In this document: in pieces, positions 1 through 8,936 of the stretch
How positions within the stretch are numbered: position 1 is the stretch's first letter
How the letters are laid out: every line of letters begins with the position of its first letter
Translations under genes and position numbers: made by a program
The notes under the pieces: model-generated
Database searches by the model: none
Seen by the model: the letters and a program-made list of their open reading frames with translations, nothing else
What the model was told of the DNA's origin: nothing
Source: an uncultured Gammaproteobacteria bacterium
GTDB taxonomy: Bacteria > Patescibacteriota > Patescibacteriia > Patescibacteriales > UBA12465
Length of the DNA stretch: 40,788 nt
Assembly: GCA_964567015.1 (NCBI GenBank)
Contig: CAZMKG010000001.1
Span: forward strand, 51,488-92,275
Direction of reading: 5' to 3'

Positions 1-393
1 TATGGTTCAATGGTCGTGTTTGAAAACGGCGAGGCGAACAGAAACGAATATCGCTTATTTAAAATTAAAGAAGCGCCGGGCGGAGATGATGAAAGAGCTT
101 TGGCTGAAGTTTTAACCAGACGCTTTAAACATAACGAATGGACTTTACCCGATATTATAATGATTGACGGCGGCTCGCCGCAGATAAGTTTTTTATCGAG
201 AGTGTTTGCTAAAAATAATATCCAGGTTCCGATGGTCGGTATTTCTAAATTCGGGGGCGATAAATTAGTTTTTACCGCCGGCACAAAAAAAGAATTAAAA
301 GATTTAGCGGAAAATATCAAACCGACGCTATTGAAATTGCGCGAAGAAGCGCATCGCTTTGCTAATTATGGACGGAAACGGGCAAAACCTTGA
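1..393 (+). CDS. uvrC: UvrC excinuclease, C-terminal part (5' end lies outside the window)
   Basis: The frame is open from base 1 (YGS precedes the listed Met). VVFENGEANRNEYRLFKIK, GGDDERALAEVLTRRF, LPDIIMIDGG and EEAHRFANYGRKRAK match the conserved C-terminal endonuclease region of UvrC. The ORF stops directly after the RKRAK motif. Confidence 0.7.
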   Translation, partial: YGSMVVFENGEANRNEYRLFKIKEAPGGDDERALAEVLTRRFKHNEWTLPDIIMIDGGSPQISFLSRVFAKNNIQVPMVGISKFGGDKLVFTAGTKKELKDLAENIKPTLLKLREEAHRFANYGRKRAKP

Positions 394-417
394 CAAATAT
401 TCCTAATCTGCTAATAT
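390..417 (+). promoter_or_regulatory. sigma70-type promoter for the rplJ-rplL operon
   Basis: TTGACA (390-395), 16-nt spacer, TAATAT (412-417). It overlaps the uvrC stop codon and sits about 150 nt upstream of rplJ. Confidence 0.6.
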
Positions 418-570
418 ACAACCATAACAAATAAACTTTTACCACAGACAGCCAGCCTGATACTTAAGTATCTATAAGTCTTGCCGAGGTACAAATCCGC
501 TTTATTAAGCGTTTTCTCGTCTGTGGTAACACAGATTTTTTTGTATAAAATTGTTTAATATCAATAATAT
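418..570 (+). promoter_or_regulatory. rplJ (L10) 5' leader RNA with alternative antiterminator and terminator structures
   Basis: A long-range stem pairs CCACAGAC (442-449) with GTCTGTGG (519-526) and encloses two hairpins, GATAC-TTAA-GTATC (459-472) and CGCTT-TATT-AAGCG (498-511). The 3' strand of the long stem is reused by a terminator hairpin at 520-535. Confidence 0.55.
520..542 (+). terminator. leader attenuator (intrinsic terminator upstream of the rplJ start)
   Basis: TCTGTG (520-525), GTAA loop, CACAGA (530-535), then seven T (536-542), ending 29 nt before the rplJ ATG. Confidence 0.55.
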
Positions 571-1101
571 ATGCCTAAGAACAAAATTCAAAAACAAGAA
601 ATTTTGCGCAATTTAAGCGAAAAATTTAAAAAGTCAAAATCAGTTGTGTTCGCCGGTTTTAATGCCTTAACCGTTAAGGACAATGAAAACCTTCGCGCTC
701 AGCTACGAAAAGAAAATAGCGAATATTATGTTGCTAAAAAAACATTAATGAATATCGCTTTTAAAGATCAAATGGCTGACCTGAATGTTCGGGAAATGGA
801 TGGAAAATTAGCGGCTATTTTTTCCTACGAAGACGAAGTCGCCTCAGCCAAGATTTTAGGAAATTTCCGTAAAGATAAAGAGAAAGAAGATCGTATCTTT
901 TTCTTGGGCGGTATCTTAGAAAATAAGTTATTGTCTAAATCGGAAGTCGAGGCTTTGGCTAAGCTCCCGAGCAAACAGGAATTATATGGTCGCTTGGTTG
1001 GTTCTTTAAATGCCCCTGTTTCCGGATTTGTTAACGCTTTGGCGGGCAATTTAAGAAATTTAGTCTATGTTTTAAAGGCTGTTTCTGAAAAGAAAGCTTA
1101 A
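571..1101 (+). CDS. rplJ: 50S ribosomal protein L10
   Basis: 176 aa lying directly upstream of L7/L12. The N-terminal KQEILRNLSEKFKKSKSVVFAGFNALTVKDNENLRAQLRK is typical L10, and a C-terminal helix for L12 binding is present. Confidence 0.9.
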   Translation: MPKNKIQKQEILRNLSEKFKKSKSVVFAGFNALTVKDNENLRAQLRKENSEYYVAKKTLMNIAFKDQMADLNVREMDGKLAAIFSYEDEVASAKILGNFRKDKEKEDRIFFLGGILENKLLSKSEVEALAKLPSKQELYGRLVGSLNAPVSGFVNALAGNLRNLVYVLKAVSEKKA

Positions 1102-1137
1102 AAATAATTAATTAATAATAAATTTAATTTTAAATCT

Positions 1138-1533
1138 ATGGAAGAAAAAAATGTTGTCGTCCCAGCTAAATTTGAAAAGTTGGTTGGCGAAATCGAAAAA
1201 ATGAGCGTTCTAGATTTAGCGGAACTCGTTAAAATCTTAGAAGAAAAATTTGGTGTTAGCGCTTCTGCTCCAGTTATGGCTATGGCTCCTGGCGCTGCCG
1301 CAGCTGCTCCAGTTGAAGAAAAAGATAGCTTTGACGTTGAAATCACCGATGCCGGTGCTAACAAGATTAACGTTATTAAAGCCGTCCGCGAATTGACTGA
1401 ATTAGGCTTAAAAGAAGCTAAAGATTTAGTTGATGCCGCTCCTAAGGTTTTAAAGGAAGGCGTTAAGAAAGCCGACGCCGAAGCCATGAAGAAAAAATTG
1501 GAAGAAGCCGGTGCTAAAGTAACTTTGAAATAA
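1138..1533 (+). CDS. rplL: 50S ribosomal protein L7/L12
   Basis: 131 aa with the [20 protein letters not shown]-domain, an Ala/Pro-rich hinge, and the C-domain [24 protein letters not shown]...[10 protein letters not shown]. Confidence 0.95.
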   Translation: MEEKNVVVPAKFEKLVGEIEKMSVLDLAELVKILEEKFGVSASAPVMAMAPGAAAAAPVEEKDSFDVEITDAGANKINVIKAVRELTELGLKEAKDLVDAAPKVLKEGVKKADAEAMKKKLEEAGAKVTLK

Positions 1534-1553
1534 TATTCAAATTTAAACTTAAT

Positions 1554-1588
1554 AAAAGACCGCTCCTTAGGGAGCGGTCTTTTGTTTT
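1554..1588. terminator. bidirectional intrinsic terminator between convergent rplL and the 766-aa gene
   Basis: AAAAGACCGCTCC (1554-1566), TTAG loop, GGAGCGGTCTTTT (1571-1583), then GTTTT. An A-run on the left serves the minus strand. Confidence 0.8.
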
Positions 1589-1617
1589 AACTTACTGAGC
1601 GTGTTAACCGTTTTTAA

Positions 1618-3918
1618 TTACTGATTTAAAGGAATCTTATAAATTATTTCATCAGATAGGAAGTAGGCGGTCTTGCCTTTCTCATCAATCGCAAAATCAA
1701 TCGGGGAGAGGGAATCGGTTTGGTATTGGTTCATTAAATGTCCGTCTTTTATCGCTAGAACAGCTAGGCGTTTGGAATCGGCGTCAAATAGATAAATATA
1801 GTTAGTGCCGACTATCATCTTATCGGCGGACATGGCCGGAGAGATGGCTGTGGCGGCATACTCTTCCTTTTTATTCATATAGAATTTTAAGACTTCGCCG
1901 TTATCGTTTAATATATAAACACTGCCATCGATAGAAATATCTTTAACCGAGCTTAAATCAACCGCCTCTTTCAGCCAATCGATTTTACCGGAATAATTGT
2001 TGTTTCCGGAATTATAAGAGTAGCGGAAAATCTGGTTTTGATTTTTGGCTAAAATGTATAAATACTTTCCGGAGTTGAAAGTGTCATAAACTTCCCGATT
2101 GCCGAGGGAAGCGCCATTTTCTATATTAATAACGCTTATTTGGTTATTTTTTAAATTAAATTTAGCAACCTTGCCGTTGGCCCAATAATAAATCGCGCCT
2201 TTCCGGTCGAATCGCGGATTGCTTAAACTAGCGGCATTTGTCGCCTCGAATCGGCTCGATTCCAAAGTCTTTGGCGTAACGCCATAAATTGTTTTTCCGC
2301 CGGAAGCATAAATTTTTCCGTCCGTCCAAATAATATTGGATACCTGCAAACCGCTTAAATCATTAACCTTTTCCGGCTGATCAATCCTGATTATTCTTTG
2401 GATTTTATCGGCTTGGTTCTTAAACACCTCGTTAAAACGTTCGTATATGATTTTTTGGTCGTCTTTTTCCTTGGGCAATGAAGCTAATAGTTCGGTTATT
2501 TCGGCTAATGTTTTTTTAGCGTCGTTTTCGTTGTTGTAAAGCATTAAGGAGTCAATATCGGCTTGTTTTTCGCTGATGGCGGCCACTAGATTATTATAGT
2601 TTTCTTTTTCCGTTTGTTGTTTCTTATGCCAAGAGGTAATAATTAAACTGCCGGCAAAAATTACCACGACTAAAGCAAGCGCTAAAAATAAATGGCGGCG
2701 CTTTTTTTCCATGCTTTCAAATCGGTCTTTAATCTTTGTTTTAAGGCCGGTAAATAAACGCGCGCCGCCGATTCCTGATATGGGGGTTATCAATTTTTTT
2801 AAGTTAACGCCAATTTGGCTCGGTCTCTTTTTAAAAACGATTTTTTCTTTGATCATGAACGAATCGGCTCGCGCCATATTGTTCATTGTTTTGATATTGC
2901 CAAGATCAATCGGTTGGACTGTCGGCTGTTCATCGTATTTTTCCTCTTTTTCCGGACTTTCTCGATAGACTTTTTTCGGAGCGGTTTTCCGTTTTTGTTT
3001 CAAATTTTCGATAACACGATTGGCGCCCTTAAGGATATCGGAAAAATTTATTAGTCCGGCGGGGGCCAGCATCCTCTCGGTTTTTTGTTCGGTGTAGTTA
3101 AGACTGGAAATCGAACCGTGAGCGCTTAAATTACGTTCCGGTTCTTCCTTTATTTCTTGATTATCCGCGCCAATGGTATTTTTTATGATTATCCCCAAAA
3201 AGGGAATGAAAGAATTTATTTTTCCCAGGACATTTTTCAACTGTTCGGCCGCGACAATCGGCGGCAATTTTGTCACTATGCCAATCATATCGCGGCTGGA
3301 AATATATTCGGGTAAAGCCTCGCTGGTAAAGACAAAATAGGAGCCGACGGGAATTTCACCACTGATAACCGAAGAGAATATCGCCGGTGTTCTTAAAGAA
3401 TTTTTATCGTTGTCAATTGCCCGATCTTCTATCTCAGAAGCGTTGGTTTCGACATTGATTATTTCGTATTGTTCGCCGTGCCGGTAGATTAGGAGCGCTT
3501 TATTTTTTCCGAAGTTAGAAAAATATAATTTATTTTCAAAAATAACGCCGATGGTTATATTGGTAGCCGAAACATTAAGCCTGATTTTTTCTTCGCTTAA
3601 AAATTCGGTTAAATCCTTATTGATTTTAGACACGGACGCTTCAAAGATTTTTTCAATTTTTAAATCTTCTATCTTATTGCGCAGGAGAATTTTTTCATCG
3701 TTATAATAATTTTCATCGATACTGGAAATCAGAAAATCCATGACTTTGCGTCCGTCGTTTTTCTTTCCGCTGATTTCGGCGATGATGAACATTTTGCCGG
3801 CTAGACCTTCTTTAAAAGAATCCGGTTGCGCGATATAGACGTCGCTTAAACCGTTGGTCTTTCCGGAATTTAGAATTATGGAAGAAATTTTATTATACAT
3901 AAGCAAAATTTCAATCAT
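1618..3918 (-). CDS. large single-pass membrane protein: cytoplasmic N-domain (possibly a degenerate PP2C/SpoIIE-like fold), one TM helix, helical linker, beta-propeller-like extracytoplasmic repeats
   Basis: 766 aa with one hydrophobic helix, HLFLALALVVVIFAGSLIITSW. The C-terminal third has about six repeats of the type GKIYASGGKTIYGV, GAIYYWANGKVAKFNL, KYLYILAKNQNQIFRY, GSVYILNDNGEVLKFY, NYIYLFDADSKRLAVL and KTAYFLSDEIIYKI. The PP2C-like call for the N-domain rests only on pattern (IGVIFENKLYFSNFGKNKALLIYR, VGSYFVFTSEAL). Confidence 0.5.
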   Translation of the reverse strand: MIEILLMYNKISSIILNSGKTNGLSDVYIAQPDSFKEGLAGKMFIIAEISGKKNDGRKVMDFLISSIDENYYNDEKILLRNKIEDLKIEKIFEASVSKINKDLTEFLSEEKIRLNVSATNITIGVIFENKLYFSNFGKNKALLIYRHGEQYEIINVETNASEIEDRAIDNDKNSLRTPAIFSSVISGEIPVGSYFVFTSEALPEYISSRDMIGIVTKLPPIVAAEQLKNVLGKINSFIPFLGIIIKNTIGADNQEIKEEPERNLSAHGSISSLNYTEQKTERMLAPAGLINFSDILKGANRVIENLKQKRKTAPKKVYRESPEKEEKYDEQPTVQPIDLGNIKTMNNMARADSFMIKEKIVFKKRPSQIGVNLKKLITPISGIGGARLFTGLKTKIKDRFESMEKKRRHLFLALALVVVIFAGSLIITSWHKKQQTEKENYNNLVAAISEKQADIDSLMLYNNENDAKKTLAEITELLASLPKEKDDQKIIYERFNEVFKNQADKIQRIIRIDQPEKVNDLSGLQVSNIIWTDGKIYASGGKTIYGVTPKTLESSRFEATNAASLSNPRFDRKGAIYYWANGKVAKFNLKNNQISVINIENGASLGNREVYDTFNSGKYLYILAKNQNQIFRYSYNSGNNNYSGKIDWLKEAVDLSSVKDISIDGSVYILNDNGEVLKFYMNKKEEYAATAISPAMSADKMIVGTNYIYLFDADSKRLAVLAIKDGHLMNQYQTDSLSPIDFAIDEKGKTAYFLSDEIIYKIPLNQ

Positions 3919-3936
3919 TTGGTTAGTTTAAACCGA

Positions 3937-3965
3937 TTGACTGTTTACCGTATATATTATACTAT
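3937..3965 (+). promoter_or_regulatory. candidate promoter for the wHTH-DUF4012 operon
   Basis: TTGACT (3937-3942), 17-nt spacer, TACTAT (3960-3965), 21 nt upstream of the ATG at 3987. Confidence 0.4.
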
Positions 3966-3986
3966 AAATTCATAAATAAAGAAAAT

Positions 3987-4646
3987 ATGCTTAATCTTCT
4001 ATTTGGTTCCGAGGCTAAAATCAAGATTCTTAGCCTTCTTCTCCTCCATCCCGAAAATAGATATGAGATTTCTCAAATGATCCGCGACTTAAAACTGACG
4101 GCTAATTTGGCGCGTCGAGAAATTGATAATTTGGTGGAATTAGGCTTAGTCGATGCTTTAGTGGAGGAAAACCTTTCTGTGGAAGAAAATAACGTCGAAA
4201 ATGATGACGGCGAAAAAAAGAAGAAGGCGGCAAAAAAAGGAAAAAAAGAACCGGTTGAGCCGGAAGAAAAAAAGTTTTTCGGAATAAATAAAAAATTTAT
4301 TCTTTACCCGGAAATTAAAGCCCTTTTCGTCAAAGCTCAGATTTTATCCAGCCAAAAATTTATTTCTGCCCTGGAAAAAAATTTCCAACCGAAATTATTG
4401 CTTTTAACAGGATTTTTTACTAATTATCCGGAGGCGCAGACAGACATCCTGATAGTCGGTTCGATTAAACGTCCCGCTTTTTTGAAACTAATCGCCGAGT
4501 TGGAAAATGACTTGGAAAGAGAGATAAATTTTACTATTCTGGACGAGAAGGAATTTAAATACCGCCAAGAAATAATGGATATTTTCCTTTATAATATCTT
4601 AGAGGGGAAGGCGGTAACTTTAATCGATAATCTTTCCGATAAGTAG
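3987..4646 (+). CDS. winged-helix (ArsR-like) DNA-binding protein with a charged linker and a C-terminal domain of unknown function
   Basis: The N-terminal SEAKIKILSLLLLHPENRYEISQMIRDLKLTANLARREIDNLVELGLV is a wHTH pattern. A Lys/Glu low-complexity linker follows, then a roughly 110-aa C-domain. Confidence 0.55.
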   Translation: MLNLLFGSEAKIKILSLLLLHPENRYEISQMIRDLKLTANLARREIDNLVELGLVDALVEENLSVEENNVENDDGEKKKKAAKKGKKEPVEPEEKKFFGINKKFILYPEIKALFVKAQILSSQKFISALEKNFQPKLLLLTGFFTNYPEAQTDILIVGSIKRPAFLKLIAELENDLEREINFTILDEKEFKYRQEIMDIFLYNILEGKAVTLIDNLSDK

Positions 4647-4647
4647 T

Positions 4648-6525
4648 ATGAAAAATGTGATAATTATTATCTTGAAACTTCTGGCAAAATTATTAAAATA
4701 CGCTCTAATCGCTCTGATCGGGCTTTTTTTTATATTATTGATCCTGCTAGTCAGCACCTATAGAGATTTAAGAATGGCTTATGTATCCGGATTGGAAGGG
4801 AAGGAACGACTAACGCAAGCCGTCGCGCAAGTGAAATTAAGAAATTGGGATGAAGCTTTGGAAAGTTCCCAAGAAGCCGAAGCCGATTTTAATGCCGCTT
4901 TAGCCAGAATTGATTCTACTCATAATAATTTTGCCATAAAGAATTTCCCCCTCCTCCGGAATCAAATCAATGATTTAAGCTATCTTTTTAAAACAACAGA
5001 AATTATCAGCCGCTCTTTAACCAGGTCGATTCCTTTGCTTGGCCAGTTAGATAAAATAAGCAGCGCGTCGGCCGGTGGAAATTTTGCGAATTTAAATGGC
5101 GATGACAAAAATAAATTTTTAAAATTAATTTACGAATCGGAGCCGGAACTCAACGGACTTAAGGCTAATTTAACTTTGGCGCTTTTAAACATTAATAAGA
5201 TACATAAGATTGGCATACTCTGGCCGGTCTATAATCAAATAGGGGAGTATAAAGATCAGCTTCAAGAGGCTGATAAGTTGATTGAAAAATTAAGTCCGCT
5301 CGTAAAGATATTGCCGACTTTAGGCGGGTATCCGACCGAGAAGCATTTTCTTATCCTTCTGCAAAATAACGACGAACTTCGACCGACCGGCGGTTTTATC
5401 GGCGTTTTTGGATTAGCAAACACTAAAAACGGCGAAATTGTCTCTCTAAAGACCGACGACAGCTATCACTTGGATATGCCGGCTGTCGATAAATGGCATA
5501 AAGAGCCGCCGACGCCGATAAAAAAATATCTCGGCGTTGAAAATTGGTATTTGCGCGATGCAAATTGGGTTCCTGATTGGCCGCTGGCCGCGCAAAAAAT
5601 AAATGAAATCTACACCGGAGAAAGTTTGGCAATCGGCCAAAGCGCTCCTGATTTCTCCGGCATAATCGCTATTAATCCTGACTTTATCAGCGACCTTTTA
5701 TCTCTTGTCGGTCCGATAAACATCAAAGGGGAAGAGTATAATTCGCAAAATTTTCAAGAACTTCTGCAATATAACGTGGAAATAGCCTATAAAGATCGGA
5801 ATATTTCTTCTTGGGACAGAAAAGAGATAATCAACGAATTATTGGAAGAATTAAAAGCACGCCTTTTTAGTTTGCCTTCTGATAAATGGATAGAACTGAT
5901 AAACACAACCGGGGATAATATAGCCAGGAAAAACATTCAAATTTATTTTGCCGATAAATCCTTGGAAAATTTGGTTAAAAATTTGGGCGCGAGCGGGGAA
6001 GTTAAAAAAACCGATAGCGATTATTTAATGGTTGTCGACGCTAATTTAGCCGCTTTTAAAAGTGATGCCGTCGTTAAGAAGAAAATTAATTATAGCGTCA
6101 GCGAACGGAATGGACAAACAACAGCTAATTTGACTTTAAATTATCGCCACGAAGGGGATTTCAATTGGCGGACAACGCGTTACCGTAGTTACACTAGAAT
6201 ATATTTACCCTTAGGAAGCCGGTTCATAAATTATTCCGGATTAGATAAAGATAAATCCGATTGGACGGCGATTGACGATCCGATTTTAAACAAAACAATT
6301 TTCGGTTTCTTTTTTACCGTCGAGCCGGGGACTGAAAAAGAAATCTCAATCGATTATTCCTTGCCGGAAGCCATCGCCGGACAAATGGATGACGGGACTT
6401 ATAGTTTAACCGTTCAAAAACAGTCGGGGAGAAGAACCGAAGAATTAAAAGTCAATATCAACCCCGAAGACGGCGGCAAAAAAAATTGGGTAACCGATTT
6501 AGAAACGGACAAATTTTTTAAATAA
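4648..6525 (+). CDS. DUF4012 domain-containing membrane-anchored protein
   Basis: N-terminal TM helix plus the hallmark motif LLQNNDELRPTGGFIGVFG. The start codon abuts the stop of the upstream wHTH gene. Confidence 0.7.
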   Translation: MKNVIIIILKLLAKLLKYALIALIGLFFILLILLVSTYRDLRMAYVSGLEGKERLTQAVAQVKLRNWDEALESSQEAEADFNAALARIDSTHNNFAIKNFPLLRNQINDLSYLFKTTEIISRSLTRSIPLLGQLDKISSASAGGNFANLNGDDKNKFLKLIYESEPELNGLKANLTLALLNINKIHKIGILWPVYNQIGEYKDQLQEADKLIEKLSPLVKILPTLGGYPTEKHFLILLQNNDELRPTGGFIGVFGLANTKNGEIVSLKTDDSYHLDMPAVDKWHKEPPTPIKKYLGVENWYLRDANWVPDWPLAAQKINEIYTGESLAIGQSAPDFSGIIAINPDFISDLLSLVGPINIKGEEYNSQNFQELLQYNVEIAYKDRNISSWDRKEIINELLEELKARLFSLPSDKWIELINTTGDNIARKNIQIYFADKSLENLVKNLGASGEVKKTDSDYLMVVDANLAAFKSDAVVKKKINYSVSERNGQTTANLTLNYRHEGDFNWRTTRYRSYTRIYLPLGSRFINYSGLDKDKSDWTAIDDPILNKTIFGFFFTVEPGTEKEISIDYSLPEAIAGQMDDGTYSLTVQKQSGRRTEELKVNINPEDGGKKNWVTDLETDKFFK

Positions 6526-6546
6526 ATAAAAATTGTCCAAATAAAT

Positions 6547-7845
6547 ATGAATAGCCTGTTTATCTCAATAATCATCTTAATATTTTTAGCCATTATTTTT
6601 CGGCCGGTAATCGGCGTTTATTTGATGGCCGCTTGTTTGCCTATAATCGGACGGGATATTAATCTTGGAGAATTTACCTTGCCGATTTCCGATTTAGTCG
6701 CCCTGCTTACTTTAATCGGCTTCGTCGTCAATTTATTTTGGCGAGCGTTATTTAAACCCAAAGAACGCCTAAAAATAACATGGCCTTTATTTTTCCCGTT
6801 TCTAATGTTCTTTTCAGCCAGTATCTTATCGATTATTTTTTCTCATGATAAAACCGGCTGTTTTTATTATTTTTTACGTTGGCCATTTTTTCTCTATGTG
6901 GCTTATATTTTTATTCCGGCAAACATTATTACCGACGCTAAAACATTAAAAAAGACGGTTGTTATCGTATTTCTAAGCGCCATGGCCGTTTTAGTTTCGG
7001 GGTATTTGTCTTTAATCGGTCAAGATTGGCAAAATAGTTTTTTCCGTTTGAAGTCGGTATATTTTTGGGGCGGGTATCCTTTTGGAGAAAATCACAATCT
7101 GATCGCGGAATTTTTGAATATCGGCGTCTTCTTTGTTTTAGTTATTAAAGAGTTTTTAAAAAGAAAAAAAGAGAGAAGATTGGCGGATATAATATTTTTC
7201 TTGACCGCTCTCGGGATTATCCTGACTTTTTCCCGCGCCGGCTGGATAACTTTATTTTTGCAACTGGGAATATATTTATTTTATCGAACAAAAAATGATA
7301 GCCGGAAGAAATTGTCAATTGCTATTTTCGCTCTTTTAGGCGCGGTTATTATTTCACCGCTACTCTGGAAAATGAGCGTACTTCAAGACAATAATACAAG
7401 TTCAACCGAGAATCGCATCTTGTTGACGGAAATAGCCTGGCAGGCATTTAAAGAAAAGCCGCTCTTTGGCTACGGCAGCGGAGAATTTATTAGCCTGGTC
7501 GGCAATAATATTCGGTTTGTGTCTAAATACGGCGCGCCGATCGATTCGCATGGCGTGCTGCAAAAGGTTATGGCGGAAAACGGCGCTCTTGGTTTGATTA
7601 GTTGGCTTTTTATTTTAGCGTATCTGGTTAGATTTAGCATTTTAGCCATAAAAAAGTATTATCCGAAAGTGCCTTGGGTATTGCCGTTTGCCTTAGCCGC
7701 GCTCGGCGGGATATTTTTTCAATTTTTTAACACCTCGTATTTTAAAGGAAGAGTTTGGTTTCCGCTTAGCCTCTTCTGGCTGGCGATAAAATTTTCCGAA
7801 CAAGTATATGCCGAAAAAAATAAAAATTCTTCACATCCTGCCTAG
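6547..7845 (+). CDS. O-antigen ligase / Wzy-like polytopic membrane protein
   Basis: About 10-12 TM helices. The TFSRAGWITLFLQ motif and a large loop followed by FGYGSGEF are typical of the O-antigen ligase (Wzy_C) family. Confidence 0.7.
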   Translation: MNSLFISIIILIFLAIIFRPVIGVYLMAACLPIIGRDINLGEFTLPISDLVALLTLIGFVVNLFWRALFKPKERLKITWPLFFPFLMFFSASILSIIFSHDKTGCFYYFLRWPFFLYVAYIFIPANIITDAKTLKKTVVIVFLSAMAVLVSGYLSLIGQDWQNSFFRLKSVYFWGGYPFGENHNLIAEFLNIGVFFVLVIKEFLKRKKERRLADIIFFLTALGIILTFSRAGWITLFLQLGIYLFYRTKNDSRKKLSIAIFALLGAVIISPLLWKMSVLQDNNTSSTENRILLTEIAWQAFKEKPLFGYGSGEFISLVGNNIRFVSKYGAPIDSHGVLQKVMAENGALGLISWLFILAYLVRFSILAIKKYYPKVPWVLPFALAALGGIFFQFFNTSYFKGRVWFPLSLFWLAIKFSEQVYAEKNKNSSHPA

Positions 7846-8932
7846 CTTAAGCCGGGGCGGCGCGGAAAAAATTTGCCGCGAACTTTTGCTTAAGATTGAT
7901 TCGGAAAAATTTTCTTCCGCTCTTTTGTTGTTTAAAGATATCGATTTCGATCAAGCGGGAAGAGAAGAATTAATCGCCAATAATATCGAAATAATTTCTT
8001 TGCGAAAAAGATGCCTAATCGATCCGATTAATTTTTGGCAAATACTCAAGACGATAAAAAGGGTTAAACCGGATATTATCCATACCCATTTAGGCGGGGA
8101 TATTTATGGACGTCTGGCCGGCAAACTGGCCGGCGCGCCGATAATTGTATCAACTGAACATAATTTAAATAATAATGAACGCCGCTTGGCCGCAATTGGT
8201 AAAAAGATTACTGCCCGCTATGCGGCTAAAATTTTTGCCGTTTCCGAGGCGGTTAAGAATGACGCCGTTAAACGTTATAATATTCCGCCGGAAAAAATAG
8301 CGGTTATTTATAATGGCGTAGACGCGCTTTATTTTAGACCCGATTATCTTAGAAAAAATAACGAGAAGAATGGTGAAGAAAAAAAAATTATTATCGGCGC
8401 CCTGGGTCGTTTAACGGCGCAAAAGGGATTCGAGACTTTAATTGAAGCGGCTACCAAGATAAAGAATAAAGATTACCTGATAAAAATAGCGGGAATCGGC
8501 GAATCGGAGAACAAATTAAAAGATAAGATTATCGAATTAAATCTTGATAAGCGAGTTAACCTGGTCGGCGCGGTAAACGCTCGCGATTTCTTGGCGGATA
8601 TTGATATTTTTGTTTTTCCTTCGCTTTGGGAAGGATTAGGCTTGGCTGTTTTAGAAGCCGGATCAATGGCAAAACCGATAATCGCTAGCGAGACAGGCGG
8701 TATTAAGGAAATTATAAACGACAACAACGGCTGGCTTTTTCCGGCCGGCGATGCGACCGAACTGGCTGGACGGATAGATTTCGTAATAACTAATTTAAAG
8801 ACCGAAGGAGTAAGAGAGAAAACGGAGAAAATAAAAAAAATAGTCGATAGTCAATTTAGTTTAGATACCATGATCGAAGCTTATGAAGAATGGTACCAGA
8901 TCTTGCAGTTAAAAAATAAAGTAGGAAAATAA
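7808..8932 (+). CDS. glycosyltransferase, GT4 family (GT-B fold)
   Basis: N-terminal KILHILPSLSRGGAEK and C-terminal PSLWEGLGLAVLEAGSMAKPIIASETGGIKEII (E-x7-E signature). It overlaps the upstream gene by 38 nt. Confidence 0.85.
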   Translation: MPKKIKILHILPSLSRGGAEKICRELLLKIDSEKFSSALLLFKDIDFDQAGREELIANNIEIISLRKRCLIDPINFWQILKTIKRVKPDIIHTHLGGDIYGRLAGKLAGAPIIVSTEHNLNNNERRLAAIGKKITARYAAKIFAVSEAVKNDAVKRYNIPPEKIAVIYNGVDALYFRPDYLRKNNEKNGEEKKIIIGALGRLTAQKGFETLIEAATKIKNKDYLIKIAGIGESENKLKDKIIELNLDKRVNLVGAVNARDFLADIDIFVFPSLWEGLGLAVLEAGSMAKPIIASETGGIKEIINDNNGWLFPAGDATELAGRIDFVITNLKTEGVREKTEKIKKIVDSQFSLDTMIEAYEEWYQILQLKNKVGK

Positions 8933-8936
8933 TCAT

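Noticed and set aside
1098-1487. 129-aa minus-strand ORF antisense to rplL (also 825-1049, antisense to rplJ)
   Set aside because: It lies entirely inside highly conserved ribosomal protein genes. Its Ala/Ser-rich low-complexity translation is the mirror of the L12 hinge, and it has no start context or promoter.
2711-3054. Two plus-strand ORFs (85 and 79 aa) inside the 766-aa gene
   Set aside because: They are antisense to a long, coherent ORF. Their Phe/Leu/Ile-rich translations are typical of the opposite strand of AT-rich coding DNA.
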